From Halarcobacter sp. (GTDB lineage Bacteria; Campylobacterota; Campylobacteria; Campylobacterales; Arcobacteraceae), in the NCBI GenBank assembly GCA_048571215.1, contig CP182352.1:384001-448000 (forward strand): a stretch of DNA of 64,000 bases, in the 5' to 3' direction. Shown here piece after piece: positions 8,208 to 19,701 of the stretch. The notes beneath the pieces are model-generated. The model was not told where the DNA came from and did not search any database. It saw only the letters and a program-made list of their open reading frames with translations. Made by a program: the position numbers and the translations under genes. The number at the start of each line of letters is the position of its first letter. The first letter of the stretch is position 1.

Positions 8208-9425
8208 ATGAGTAAAAAAGGTATTCTTATTATTGGTGCGGGTGGTGTTAGTAGAGTTGCAACAGTAAAATGTGCTATGAATATTGATACATTTGAAAAA
8301 ATCACTTTAGCTTCTAGAACTGTTTCTAAATGTGAAGCAATTGCAAGTGATATTAAAAAAAATCAAGGTGTAGATATTGATGTTGCTTCTGTAAATGCAG
8401 ATAGTGTTGAAGAGTTAGTAAAATTGATTGAAAAAGTAAATCCAAAACAAGTTTTAAATGTGGCATTGCCATACCAAGATTTAACTATCATGGATGCTTG
8501 TACAAAAACTAAAGTTGATTATGTTGATACTGCAAACTATGAACACCCAGATGAAGCTAAATTTGAATACAAAGAGCAATGGGCAAGAGATGGTCAGTTT
8601 AAAGATGCTGGAATCATGGGACTTTTAGGTTCTGGTTTTGACCCAGGTGTTACAGGTGTTTTTTGTGCTTATGCTCAACAAAATCTTTTTGATGAGATAC
8701 ACTATATAGATATTATGGATTGTAACGCAGGTGATCATGGATACCCTTTTGCAACTAATTTTAATCCAGAGATTAACTTAAGAGAAGTATCTGCAAATGG
8801 AAGATACTGGCAAAAAAATGATGAAGGTGTTGGGGAGTGGATAGAGACAAAGCCCTTAGAAATAAGAGTTGAACATGATTATCCAGAAGTAGGGGTTAAA
8901 CCATCATATCTACTATATCATGAAGAGTTAGAGTCTTTAAGTAAAAATATAAAAGGGCTAAAAAGAATTAGATTTTTTATGACTTTTGGAGATTCTTATA
9001 TACAACATATGAATTGCTTACAAAATGTTGGTATGCTTGGAATTGAACCTGTTATGCACAAAGGTGTTGAAATTATTCCAATAGAGTTTTTAACTACGCT
9101 TTTACCAGATCCTGCATCACTTGGACCTAGAACTGTTGGTAAAACAAATATTGGTTGTATTATTGAAGGGCTTAAAGATGGAAAGAAAAAGAAAGTTTAT
9201 ATCTACAATATTTGTGACCATCAAGAGTGTTATAAAGAAACAGGAGCACAAGCAGTTAGTTATACTACAGGGGTTCCTGCAATGATTGGTTCAAAAATGC
9301 TTTACAAAGGTATTTGGAAAAACCAAGGAGTGTTTAATATAGAAGAGTTTGATGCAAAACCTTTTATGGATGAACTTATGACTCAAGGTCTACCTTGGAA
9401 AATTTTAGAATTAGATGTGGACTGA
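8208..9425 (+). CDS. Carboxy(nor)spermidine dehydrogenase (saccharopine dehydrogenase family)
   Basis: IIGAGGV Rossmann motif, YVDTANYE, GFDPG, FATNFNPEINLRE; adjacent to nspC. Confidence 0.93.
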   Translation: MSKKGILIIGAGGVSRVATVKCAMNIDTFEKITLASRTVSKCEAIASDIKKNQGVDIDVASVNADSVEELVKLIEKVNPKQVLNVALPYQDLTIMDACTKTKVDYVDTANYEHPDEAKFEYKEQWARDGQFKDAGIMGLLGSGFDPGVTGVFCAYAQQNLFDEIHYIDIMDCNAGDHGYPFATNFNPEINLREVSANGRYWQKNDEGVGEWIETKPLEIRVEHDYPEVGVKPSYLLYHEELESLSKNIKGLKRIRFFMTFGDSYIQHMNCLQNVGMLGIEPVMHKGVEIIPIEFLTTLLPDPASLGPRTVGKTNIGCIIEGLKDGKKKKVYIYNICDHQECYKETGAQAVSYTTGVPAMIGSKMLYKGIWKNQGVFNIEEFDAKPFMDELMTQGLPWKILELDVD

Positions 9426-9590
9426 TTTTTTTTACACTTTTAATTCCTTATTTTTTTAAGAATCTTTCAATCTATTATTATAGATTTTAAGATTTTTAAA
9501 ATTAAATTTACTTCTAAATATAAATTTCAAAGTTAATTTCAAATATAATTTATTTTTCTATTATATAATTATTATTTTAATAAGGAGACT

Positions 9591-9758
9591 ATGATGCAAA
9601 AATATATTTGTACAGCTTGTGATTATATTTATGATCCTGCAATTGGTGATGAAGATAGTGGAATTGCTCCAGGAACTTCATTTGAAGATATTCCAGAAGA
9701 TTGGACCTGTCCAGATTGTGGTGTAGGTAAAGAGGATTTTGAACCCTATAATGAATAA
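9591..9758 (+). CDS. Rubredoxin, 55 aa (absent from the ORF track)
   Basis: [55 protein letters not shown] has two CxxC motifs; AAGGAG RBS. Confidence 0.96.
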   Translation: MMQKYICTACDYIYDPAIGDEDSGIAPGTSFEDIPEDWTCPDCGVGKEDFEPYNE

Positions 9759-10890
9759 AACAATAAATAGTATTGAAGAACTCCCAAGTCCATGCTTTGT
9801 ATGTGAAGAAGAGTTACTAAAAAAAAACCTTGAACTTTTAAAAAAGGTGCAAGATGAAGCGGGAGTAAAGATACTTTTAGCTTTAAAAGGATTTGCCCTT
9901 TGGTCAACATTTGATATATGTAAAGAGTTTTTGCAAGGGTGTTGTGCTAGTGGCTTACACGAAGCAATATTAGCAAAAGAGGAGTTTGGAAAAGAGGTTC
10001 ATACTTATAGTCCTGCTTTTAAAGATGAGGAGATAGATGAGATAATACACCTATCTCATCACCTTGTTTTTAACTCTTTTAATCAGTTAAATCAATTTAG
10101 ACAAAAAGCTATGGGTAAAACCTCTATAGGACTTAGAGTAAATCCTGAGTATTCTTCTGTAGAAGTTGATTTATATAATCCTTGTGCTCCTTTTTCACGA
10201 CTTGGAATCACAAAAAAGAATTTTCAAGAGGATTCTTTACAAGGTGTTGATGGTCTTCACTTTCATGCTTTATGTGAACAAAATGTTGATGCTTTAGAGG
10301 GAGCTTTAAAAAACTTTGAGAAAAATTTTGGTAAATATTTATCAAATATGAAGTGGGTAAACTTTGGCGGTGGTCACCATATTACTAGAGCTGATTATGA
10401 TGTTTTAGGTTTGATAAATTTATTAAAAGATTTTAAATTACGGTATCCACATTTGACAGTTTATTTAGAGCCAGGTGAAGCTGTTGGTTGGAAAACAGGA
10501 TTTTTAATTGCAACTGTCTTAGATATAGTGGATAATGGCATGAACCTAGCTATTTTAGATACTTCTGCTGAAGCTCACATGCCTGATACCTTAGCTATGC
10601 CTTATAGAGCAGATATAAGAAATAGTGGAAAAGAAAATGAAAAAAAATATACTTATAGATTAGGTGGAAACACTTGTTTAGCTGGGGATATAATAGGAGA
10701 TTACTCCTTTGATGAACCCCTAAAAATAGGCGATAAGATTATTTTAGAGGATATGATTCATTATACAATGGTAAAGACTACAACCTTCAATGGAATTAAG
10801 TTACCATCAATTGCACTAAAAAGTGAACACAATTGTTACCAAATTGTAAAAAACTTTGGATATAATGAGTACAAATCAAGACTTTCTTAG
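9751..10890 (+). CDS. nspC: Carboxynorspermidine decarboxylase
   Basis: LLALKGF PLP lysine, [41 protein letters not shown]. Confidence 0.95.
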   Translation: MNKTINSIEELPSPCFVCEEELLKKNLELLKKVQDEAGVKILLALKGFALWSTFDICKEFLQGCCASGLHEAILAKEEFGKEVHTYSPAFKDEEIDEIIHLSHHLVFNSFNQLNQFRQKAMGKTSIGLRVNPEYSSVEVDLYNPCAPFSRLGITKKNFQEDSLQGVDGLHFHALCEQNVDALEGALKNFEKNFGKYLSNMKWVNFGGGHHITRADYDVLGLINLLKDFKLRYPHLTVYLEPGEAVGWKTGFLIATVLDIVDNGMNLAILDTSAEAHMPDTLAMPYRADIRNSGKENEKKYTYRLGGNTCLAGDIIGDYSFDEPLKIGDKIILEDMIHYTMVKTTTFNGIKLPSIALKSEHNCYQIVKNFGYNEYKSRLS

Positions 10891-10911
10891 ATTTATTTAT
10901 AAAGGGTACAT

Positions 10912-11841
10912 ATGACAATGGGGCAAGATAGACAAATTATTAACGAAGAGTTTAAAGACGAGGAAGAGATAGATACAAAGAAAAATCTAAAACACAAAAG
11001 CAATAATTTTGATAGAGTTAGAGAAGAGTTAAAAAAGAAAGGCAAAAAGGTTCAAATCTGGGTTAAAAAAGAGACCTTAGAGTATGAAAAAGAATTAACC
11101 CTTTTACAAATAGAACTTTTGAAACTTCAAAATTATGTAAAAGAAAAAGGACTAAAAGTTCTTATGATTTTTGAAGGAAGAGATGCAGCAGGGAAAGGTG
11201 GTACCATAAAAAGAATCACCGAACATATGAATCCAAGGGGTGCAAGAGTGGTTGCCTTGGAAAAACCAAGTGATAAAGAAACAACTCAATGGTATTTTCA
11301 AAGATATACAAAACATCTTCCTAGTTCTGGTGAGATAGTATTATTTGACAGATCTTGGTATAACAGAGCTGGTGTTGAACCTGTAATGGGATTTTGTACT
11401 CCTGAAGAGCATCATGAGTTTTTAAAAGAGGTTCCTGAGTTTGAAAATATGCTAGTAAAATCTGGAATTATTTTGATGAAATTTTATTTTTCAGTATCAA
11501 AAAAAGAGCAAGCAAGAAGGTTCAAAAAAAGGGAAACTGACCCATTAAAACAATACAAACTATCTCCTGTAGATAAAGAGTCTCAAAAATACTGGGATAA
11601 ATATACAGTTGCAAAGTTTTCTATGTTAATGTCTTCAAATACAGATATTGCTCCTTGGACTGTTATTAGAAGTGATGATAAGAAAAAAGCTAGAATAAAC
11701 TGTATTAAATATATTTTATCGCAAGTTAATTATAAAAGTAAAATTGATGAAAATTTGATAAAATTTGATAAAAAGATTTTAATTTCTGGTACTGAAGAGT
11801 TAGAGACTATGGAACAAGAAAATAAATTTGCAAAGGCGTGA
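10912..11841 (+). CDS. ppk2: Polyphosphate kinase 2
   Basis: FEGRDAAGKGG, LFDRSWYNR. Confidence 0.96.
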   Translation: MTMGQDRQIINEEFKDEEEIDTKKNLKHKSNNFDRVREELKKKGKKVQIWVKKETLEYEKELTLLQIELLKLQNYVKEKGLKVLMIFEGRDAAGKGGTIKRITEHMNPRGARVVALEKPSDKETTQWYFQRYTKHLPSSGEIVLFDRSWYNRAGVEPVMGFCTPEEHHEFLKEVPEFENMLVKSGIILMKFYFSVSKKEQARRFKKRETDPLKQYKLSPVDKESQKYWDKYTVAKFSMLMSSNTDIAPWTVIRSDDKKKARINCIKYILSQVNYKSKIDENLIKFDKKILISGTEELETMEQENKFAKA

Positions 11842-11847
11842 TTTAAA

Positions 11848-12963
11848 ATGAATTTAAGTGATTTTGAAAAAACAAATTATAGCGGACTTTATATTTCAAA
11901 AGTTCCACATCCTGCATTTGGTAGAAAATATATTGCAAGATTTCAATACGATAAAAAAAGATACGTGAAGGTATTAGGATATACAAAAAAAGACAATTTA
12001 ACAAAAAAGGCAGCCTTAGAATTAATGCAAAAATTTAAAGAATCAATTGTTGTTACAAAAGAAGAAAATGAACAAGCAGATGAAAATCAAATAGCAATAG
12101 AAAAAGATAAATATCAAAAATTATTAGAAGAGAATAGAGAGTTAAAAAAAATATTAGGTGATTATAAAACTATTGACCCAGATATTTTAAAAGATGGTGT
12201 TCAAAAAATATATGATTTACAAGAGCTAAAAAGTTATCAAATTGAGTTAATCAAACTTCAAAACTATTTGGAAAATGAAAATAAAAGAATGATTATTTTA
12301 TTTGAAGGTAGAGATGCATCTGGTAAAGGTGGAGCTATTAGACGAATAACAAGATATATGAATAACAAACACTACAGAGTTGTTGCCTTAGGTAAACCAA
12401 CTGATACTCAAAAAAACCAATGGTTTTTTCAAAGATATATTCAACATTTTCCAACAGGTGGAGAGATAGTTTTATTTGACCGTTCTTGGTACAATAGAGC
12501 TATGGTAGAACCTATTTTTGGTTTTTGTACAAAAGAAGAGTATGAAATCTTTATGGAAGATGTGGTTAATTTTGAACAAGATTTAGTTAGACAAGGTATG
12601 ATTCTAATCAAACTTTATTTCTCAGTTTCGAAAGAGGAACAAAAAAGAAGATTTGATAGAAGAATAAACGATCCTTTAAGACATTGGAAATTTTCAGAAG
12701 TTGATATGCAAGCTCAAGATTTATGGAGTGAATTTTCTGAAAAAAAATATGAGATGCTTAGACGTACTTCTTCAAGAGCAGCACCTTGGCATATCGTAAG
12801 AAGTGATGATAAACATAAAGCAAGATTAGAGGCTATGAAGATTATTCTTAATTCTGTTGATTATGATGGAAGAAACTATGCCTTAGACTTTGAAGCTAAT
12901 GAGAGAATAAATATCTCAGTTCAAAGAGAGCTAATGCAAATGAGAAAAACTGCTAACTACTAA
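11848..12963 (+). CDS. ppk2: Polyphosphate kinase 2 with extra N-terminal domain
   Basis: FEGRDASGKGG, LFDRSWYNR; about 120-aa N-terminal extension. Confidence 0.93.
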   Translation: MNLSDFEKTNYSGLYISKVPHPAFGRKYIARFQYDKKRYVKVLGYTKKDNLTKKAALELMQKFKESIVVTKEENEQADENQIAIEKDKYQKLLEENRELKKILGDYKTIDPDILKDGVQKIYDLQELKSYQIELIKLQNYLENENKRMIILFEGRDASGKGGAIRRITRYMNNKHYRVVALGKPTDTQKNQWFFQRYIQHFPTGGEIVLFDRSWYNRAMVEPIFGFCTKEEYEIFMEDVVNFEQDLVRQGMILIKLYFSVSKEEQKRRFDRRINDPLRHWKFSEVDMQAQDLWSEFSEKKYEMLRRTSSRAAPWHIVRSDDKHKARLEAMKIILNSVDYDGRNYALDFEANERINISVQRELMQMRKTANY

Positions 12964-12965
12964 TC

Positions 12966-14782
12966 TTACCAAGGAGTTGAAGGTGAATCACCTTCAAGCT
13001 CTTTTGTAGGAACTTTTTTTAATAATACAGGTGTTTTCTGGTTTTGAATTTTATCTAACCATTTTTTCTCTTCTAAAGGTGAGATATCTGTAGTTTTATT
13101 CATTTGTTGATTTTCTTGATTTTGCTTATCTGGTTTTTTATTTTTCTCTTTATTTTTGTTTTGCTCTTGATTTTTTTCTTTATCTTTTGAATTATTTTTT
13201 TGCTCTTGATTTTTTTTATTTTCTTTTTTCTTATCTTTATTGTCTTGTTTGTCCTGATTTTTTTTATCTTTATTGTTTTTATTGTTCTGATTTTTTTTGT
13301 CTTTATTATCTTTATTATCTTTATTATCTTTATTATCTTTATTATCTTTATTATCTTTATTATCTTTTTTGTTTTGCTTATTGGAGTCGTTTTTTGGTTT
13401 TTCTTTTGTAAAGCTTTTTTTACTTTTTTTAAGTTCTCTTTTGTATCTTTATCATCTTTTATTTTAAGGGCATTTTCATAGGATTTGATAGCATTTTCAA
13501 AATCTCCTGTTTTTGCATAACTATTACCCATATTATGTAGTTTTTTATACTCTAAATCTTGGTTTGAGGTGATTACATTTTTGTACTCTTGTAAAGCTTG
13601 TTTATATTTCCCCTCTTTGTATAGTGAGTTTGCTAGGTCATATTTAGCTTCTGAACTATTAGCAACTTTTTCAAAGTTTTTTGAAGCTTCTTTAAAATTC
13701 TTTTGTTTATAAAGTTCATTGGCTTTTTCTATAGTTTGAAAATCAAATATTGAAGCTTTTAGATTATTTTGCACAAATAGTATTGAAAAAAGTATTAATA
13801 TATTTGCAGTATTTTTTTTACCAAATTTTGGAAAAGATGAAAAAGCAATAAGAAGAATAAAGATAGCTAAACCCAAAGGGTAATAAAAAAGTTCAGTATA
13901 TGTTTTGAATTTTTTTGATTCTAACTCTTTTTTTGAACTTTTTTTATCAATATCAGCAATAATTTGTTTTATATCACTATTTGAGTTAGAATATTGTATA
14001 TATCCACCATTTGTTTTCATACTTAAGTTTTTGATTTTTTCATTTAATTTTACAGTTACTATTGAACCATCTTTTTTTGTCATAAAGTTTCCATCATTTA
14101 GTTTTATTGGTGTTGGTTTATTAGTTGCAACAGCTATGGTATATATATTTATATTATGTTTGTTTGCATACTCAATCTCTTTTGTATAATCTTGTTCATT
14201 TCCCCCATCAGTTAATAAAATCAAGTTTTTATTTTCATAATCTTTTAGAAGTTTATTTGTAGCTTCAAGGGTTGAAAATATATTTGAACCATTTTCAAAA
14301 TCCCCTTGGGTATTTAAATTGTTTACTAAAATCTTCAAAGAGTTAAAATCTTGAGTAACAGGAGAGAGTATATATGAGTATTTTGCAAAGAGTATAACAG
14401 CCAAAGCATTTTTTTTCGAAATTTCTATAATATCAAGAAGTTTTTGCTTTGCAAAAGTTAATCTATTTGGATAAACATCAGTTGCTAACATAGATTTTGA
14501 TACATCAATTGCTATTACTATTGAGGCAACTTCTTGTTTAAAACTATGCTCTTTTTCATCTATAACTGGACGAGATAATGCTAAAGTCATTAGAATAATA
14601 GCTATAAAAAAAAGTATATTTCTAGTTGTGTTTGTTATGGCATTACTTGATACAGCAAGTTTTGATAGACATTCTTTATCAAAATATTTTTGGAAAGTAT
14701 CTTTATTTGTCATTATAAGATACATTAAAATTAGGGTTGGTACTAATATTAAAAACAGTACGTTATGGTATAGAAATTGCAA
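12966..14782 (-). pseudogene. BatB/BatC-like VWA + TPR protein with an apparent frameshift near 13390-13395
   Basis: MIDAS DVSKS, LTDGG and TPR repeats. One extra A in an A6 run would restore a D/N/K/Q-rich linker and the tail EEKKWLDKIQ...PW* ending at 12966. Confidence 0.8.
13301..13363. repeat. 9-bp tandem repeat (CTTTATTAT) x7, encoding (DNK)n in the corrected frame
   Basis: Counted directly. Confidence 0.95.
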
Positions 14783-14873
14783 TGTATTTTACTCCTTGAA
14801 TCGTATTTTATAAAATACTTAGTAACTTTTAGATAAAATCACGGTTAAATTATAATTATTCGGAGTAGATTTA

Positions 14874-16175
14874 ATGGAATTTAATGCAAATAGAGTTGAT
14901 GATGCTAATGTAGAAATTGCTTCAACAATCTCAAAAGAGACTATTGAAAAAAACATAGACAAGGTAGCTAAACAAGCTGCAAAGACGATGGATATTCAAG
15001 GATTCAGAAAAGGTAAAGTTCCTTTAGCTGTTGTAAAACAAAGACATGGTCAAAAGTTAAGAGAAGAAGCAGAAGGTGAAGCACTTAGAGCTATTTTAAA
15101 TGCTGGTTTAGCAGAGTTAAAAGTTGCAAATGAAGATGTAATTGGTGAGCCTTCAATTACTAAATTCGATAAAAAAGATGATGAATCTATTGATATTGAG
15201 ATAAAAGTTGCTTGTAAACCTAATGTTGATTTAGGGGATTATAAATCTTTAATTCCTGAAGTTAAATTAAACGAGGTAGATGAAAAAGAGATCGATTCAA
15301 GAATTGAAACTATGGCAAAACAATCTGCACCATTAGAAAAAATCAAAAGAAAAAGAATGGTTAGAGATGGTGATTTTGCAGTGATTGATTTTGAAGGATT
15401 TGTTGATGGTGTAGCATTTGAAGGTGGAAAAGCTGAGAAATATCCACTTGAAATTGGTTCTGGTTCATTTATTCCAGGATTTGAAGAACAAATCATTGGT
15501 ATGAAATATGAAGAAGAAAAAGATGTTACTGTTACATTTCCTGAAAGTTATCAATCAAAAGATTTAGCTGGTAAAGAAGCAGTATTTAAAGTAAAACTTC
15601 ATGAGATCCAAGAAAAAGTTGCTGAAGAGATTACTGATGAATTCGCTAAAAAAATGTTACAAGGGCAAGAAGATGCAACTGTAGAAACATTAAAAGAGAA
15701 GATTAAAGAACAAGTTGAGGCTGAGCAAAAAGGTGCATATTATAGAGAAGAGTTAAAACCTGCATACTTAGATAAATTAGTGTCAGAATTAAACTTTGCT
15801 TTACCAACTTCTGTAGTAGACCAAGAGATTAACTTTGCGCTTAATAACAAAGTTAGAACTATGAGTGAAGATGAAATCAAAGCTTTACAAGAAGATACAA
15901 CAAAAGTTGAATCTTTAAGAGAAGAGTTAAGAGAAGATGCTGAAAAATCAGTAAAAGCAACATTTATTGTTGATGCTTTAGCAAAAGCTGAAGGTGTTGA
16001 AGTAAATGATCAAGAAGTAACTCAAGTAATTTACTACGAAGCTATGCAATCTGGTCAAAATCCACAAGATGTTTTAAAACAATATCAAGAAGCTGGATAT
16101 TTACCTGCAATTAAAATGTCTATGATTGAAGATAGAGTTATCTCAAAATTATTAGATGAAAAACTAGGGAAATAA
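14874..16175 (+). CDS. tig: Trigger factor
   Basis: GFRKGKVP ribosome-binding motif, FKBP domain. Confidence 0.97.
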   Translation: MEFNANRVDDANVEIASTISKETIEKNIDKVAKQAAKTMDIQGFRKGKVPLAVVKQRHGQKLREEAEGEALRAILNAGLAELKVANEDVIGEPSITKFDKKDDESIDIEIKVACKPNVDLGDYKSLIPEVKLNEVDEKEIDSRIETMAKQSAPLEKIKRKRMVRDGDFAVIDFEGFVDGVAFEGGKAEKYPLEIGSGSFIPGFEEQIIGMKYEEEKDVTVTFPESYQSKDLAGKEAVFKVKLHEIQEKVAEEITDEFAKKMLQGQEDATVETLKEKIKEQVEAEQKGAYYREELKPAYLDKLVSELNFALPTSVVDQEINFALNNKVRTMSEDEIKALQEDTTKVESLREELREDAEKSVKATFIVDALAKAEGVEVNDQEVTQVIYYEAMQSGQNPQDVLKQYQEAGYLPAIKMSMIEDRVISKLLDEKLGK

Positions 16176-16194
16176 ACCTAAAATAGGATAGAAG

Positions 16195-16779
16195 ATGAGT
16201 TATATACCATATGTAGTTGAAAAAAGTGGAAGAGGGGAGAGAAGTTACGATATCTATTCAAGACTTCTAAAAGATAGAATTATTATGTTAAGTGGTGAAG
16301 TAAATGATGCTGTTGCATCATCTATTGTTGCACAACTTCTTTTTTTAGAAGCTGAAGATCCAGATAAAGATATCTATTTATATATAAACTCTCCAGGTGG
16401 AGTAATTACAAGTGGTATGTCAATATATGATACTATGAACTATATCAAACCAGATGTTTGTACTATATGTATTGGTCAAGCTGCTTCAATGGGAGCTTTC
16501 CTTTTATCATCAGGTGTTAAGGGTAAAAGATACTCTTTACCACATTCAAGAGTGATGATTCACCAACCATTAGGTGGTGCACAAGGACAAGCAACTGATA
16601 TCCAAATCCAAGCTAAAGAGATTCAAAGAATGAAAGATACTTTGAATAATATTTTAGCTGAGCAAACTGGGCAACCATTAGAAGTTATCGAAAAAGATAC
16701 AGATAGAGATAACTTTATGAGTGCAGAAGAAGCACAAAAATATGGTTTAATTGATGAGGTAATTAGTAACCACAAATAA
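16195..16779 (+). CDS. clpP: ATP-dependent Clp protease proteolytic subunit
   Basis: [25 protein letters not shown]. Confidence 0.98.
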   Translation: MSYIPYVVEKSGRGERSYDIYSRLLKDRIIMLSGEVNDAVASSIVAQLLFLEAEDPDKDIYLYINSPGGVITSGMSIYDTMNYIKPDVCTICIGQAASMGAFLLSSGVKGKRYSLPHSRVMIHQPLGGAQGQATDIQIQAKEIQRMKDTLNNILAEQTGQPLEVIEKDTDRDNFMSAEEAQKYGLIDEVISNHK

Positions 16780-16787
16780 AGAACACA

Positions 16788-17300
16788 ATGATTAGAGAAG
16801 TAATAACATATCCAAATAAACTACTTAGAAAAAAATCTAAAGATGTGGAGAAGTTCGATGAAGAACTTCACACTCTTTTAGATGACATGTATGAAACTAT
16901 GATGGCACAAAGTGGAGTAGGACTTGCAGCAATACAAGTAGCAATTCCACTAAATGTACTTATAATCAGTCTTCCAAATGAAGAGGATATACAAGAAAAA
17001 GCAGATTTAATAGAAGCGATAAACCCAGTGATTACTCACAAAGATGGGGAGCAAGTTTTTGTTGAAGGGTGCTTAAGTGTCCCTGGATTTAATGAAGAGG
17101 TTAAAAGAGCACAACATATTATAGTTGAGTATTATGATAGAAATGGAAATAAAAAAGTTATGGAGGCAGAAGATTTTCTAGCAGTTGCTTGGCAACATGA
17201 GATGGAACATCTATCTGGACATCTATTTATTGAGAACTTATCTATCATAAAAAGAAAAAAGTTTGAAAAAGAGTGGAAAAAAAAGTTAAAAGCTAAATGA
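16788..17300 (+). CDS. def: Peptide deformylase
   Basis: GVGLAAIQ, EGCLS, QHEMEH. Confidence 0.97.
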   Translation: MIREVITYPNKLLRKKSKDVEKFDEELHTLLDDMYETMMAQSGVGLAAIQVAIPLNVLIISLPNEEDIQEKADLIEAINPVITHKDGEQVFVEGCLSVPGFNEEVKRAQHIIVEYYDRNGNKKVMEAEDFLAVAWQHEMEHLSGHLFIENLSIIKRKKFEKEWKKKLKAK

Positions 17301-17354
17301 TGAGCTTTTCCTACTCTTTTTTAAATAATATCTTAAAAATAAACTAATAAAAAT

Positions 17355-19610
17355 ATGAAAAAAACTAATATAAAATTCTTACTGTTAGTTTTTTTAATAC
17401 AAAATATACTATTTGCAAATAATCAAAAACAAATATCTTTTCAAAATGATATTCAGCCCATATTGGATAAAAGATGTGTAGTATGTCACTCTTGTTATAA
17501 CTCCCCATGTCAATTAAAACTAAGCTCTTTTGAGGGACTCATTAGGGGTGGAACAAAAGAAGAAATTTATGTAAATAGAATCGAACCAGCAAAACCATCA
17601 AGACTTTTTATAGATGCAACAAATGAAAAAGAGTGGTCAAAATTAGGATTTTACTCTATTTTAAAAGATTATAATCAAAATAATATAATGTCAAAACTTC
17701 TGATACAAAAACAAGAGAAACCTGAAAATATAGGCAATTATGCTCCTGAAACAGATGATTTACAATGTAGTAAAGATATGGAAGAACTTGAAAAATATTT
17801 AGATAAAAATCCCAATCATGGTATGCCTTATGGTTTTCCTGCTATAGATAAAAATGAACATAATATTTTAATAAAATGGTTAAAAGGTAAAATTATTGAT
17901 GATAGGGTTGAAAAAGTAGGGGAATCTGCTGATTTAATAACTTTTGAGAAATTTTTAAATAAACCAGATATTAAACATCAAGTAACTGCTAGGTATCTTT
18001 ATGAACATCTTTTTTTAGCACATATAAAGTTTGAAGATGATGACAATTTTTATTCTTTGGTAAGATCTTATAATAAAGATGGCTCAGATATTGTTAAAAC
18101 AAGAGTACCTTATGCAAAAACAAAAAAGAAGTTTTATTATAAGTTTAGAAAAATAAGTTCAACAATTGTATATAAAACCCATATGGTTTATAACCTAAAT
18201 AAACAAAAACTACAAAGATACAAAGAGTTGTTTATCAAGCCAAAGTGGGAAGAAAAACCTTATATGCCAAGTCATGAGAGTAAAATTGCATCAAATGCAC
18301 TTACTGCTTTCAAACAAATACCTTTAAAATCTAGGTATCTGTTTATGTTAGATGATATTCATTATTTTATTATGACATTTATTAGAGGTCCTGTATGTAA
18401 GGGTCAAGTAGCATTAAATGTTATAAATGATCAATTCTGGGTTGCCTTTAAAGACCCAGAATATGATTACACCATAAAAGATAAAGAGTTTTTAAATCAA
18501 AATCTAAAAAATCTATCTTTGCCAAATGAATATGGGGGAGATAGTAATCTTTTTGATGTATTTACAATCTATAAATATAATAAGGACACAATTAATTATT
18601 ATAAAAATAAAAATAAACTTTATAAAAAATATAAAAACAGATTAGATTTTAATACCATTTGGAAGGGTAATAATTTTGGAAAAGAAAACAATGATGCAGT
18701 TCTAACAATCTATAGACATTTTGATTCCTCTTCTGTCCATAAGGGAGCTTTAGGGGATGTGCCTAAAACTATGTGGATTATTGATTATCCTTTACTTGAA
18801 AGATTATATTACTCCCTTGCTGCTGGTTTTGATGTATATGGAAATACACAACACAAAGTTTTAGTTAGAAAATACATGGATAGACTAAGAATCGAGGGGG
18901 AGAGTAATCTTTTAGAATATTTACCAAAAGATAAAAGACAAAATAGATTCAATAGTTGGTATAAAGGTACTTTGGCAAAATACTTGGTTACTTATACTCC
19001 TTCAGACTCTCAATCAAGTCTAAATTACAACTATAATGATTTTGTTGTTAAACTTTTAGAGTATACTAAAACAAAAAAAGACCATATAAACTTTATTGAT
19101 AAAAAAAATATAGTTGCTAAAGATATATTAGAATATAAAACAAAAGCTGATATTGAAACTGCTCTAAGGGATATCACCTACAATAATCATATGGATAAAT
19201 TTAAAAACTTCTCAAGTAATAATTTCAATTTAATATATATACGATTTAAAATGCAAAATGAAGATTTAGTTTATACTATGGTAATAAATAGATGGCATGA
19301 TAGTGTTGCTTTTATGTTTAATGAAAAAGAAAGACTTGATGTAACAAAAGATAAAATTAATTTTATCGAAGGTTTTATAGGTTCATATCCAAACTATTTT
19401 GTTGTTGTAGAACAAAAAGATATAAAAGAGTTTTTTGAGCTTTTAAAAGATGATGTAGATGAATCAAAACTTTTTAAATTTTTTATTAATAGAAACAATA
19501 AAGATTTTTGGAATGTTTATGATTGGTTTCAAGATAGATTTAATAAAAACAATCCAATAGAATCAGGTCTTTTTGATTTAAATAGATACCATAAAAAAAG
19601 TATTAACTAA
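17355..19610 (+). CDS. cti: Fatty acid cis/trans isomerase (periplasmic c-type heme protein)
   Basis: Signal peptide, CVVCHSCYNSPCQLKL, YLYEHLFLAH, FIRGPVCKGQVALNVI. Confidence 0.9.
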   Translation: MKKTNIKFLLLVFLIQNILFANNQKQISFQNDIQPILDKRCVVCHSCYNSPCQLKLSSFEGLIRGGTKEEIYVNRIEPAKPSRLFIDATNEKEWSKLGFYSILKDYNQNNIMSKLLIQKQEKPENIGNYAPETDDLQCSKDMEELEKYLDKNPNHGMPYGFPAIDKNEHNILIKWLKGKIIDDRVEKVGESADLITFEKFLNKPDIKHQVTARYLYEHLFLAHIKFEDDDNFYSLVRSYNKDGSDIVKTRVPYAKTKKKFYYKFRKISSTIVYKTHMVYNLNKQKLQRYKELFIKPKWEEKPYMPSHESKIASNALTAFKQIPLKSRYLFMLDDIHYFIMTFIRGPVCKGQVALNVINDQFWVAFKDPEYDYTIKDKEFLNQNLKNLSLPNEYGGDSNLFDVFTIYKYNKDTINYYKNKNKLYKKYKNRLDFNTIWKGNNFGKENNDAVLTIYRHFDSSSVHKGALGDVPKTMWIIDYPLLERLYYSLAAGFDVYGNTQHKVLVRKYMDRLRIEGESNLLEYLPKDKRQNRFNSWYKGTLAKYLVTYTPSDSQSSLNYNYNDFVVKLLEYTKTKKDHINFIDKKNIVAKDILEYKTKADIETALRDITYNNHMDKFKNFSSNNFNLIYIRFKMQNEDLVYTMVINRWHDSVAFMFNEKERLDVTKDKINFIEGFIGSYPNYFVVVEQKDIKEFFELLKDDVDESKLFKFFINRNNKDFWNVYDWFQDRFNKNNPIESGLFDLNRYHKKSIN

Positions 19611-19701
19611 TTTTTTTTCAAAATATCTAAAAAAATATACTTAAGATAATTCAAACAATTATTTATATAAAATATAATTAATTATATTATTAAGAGTACC
19701 C

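Noticed and set aside
13187..13481. Plus-strand ORFs with YYL/IIF repeats
   Set aside because: Antisense shadows of the low-complexity linker of the BatB-like gene.
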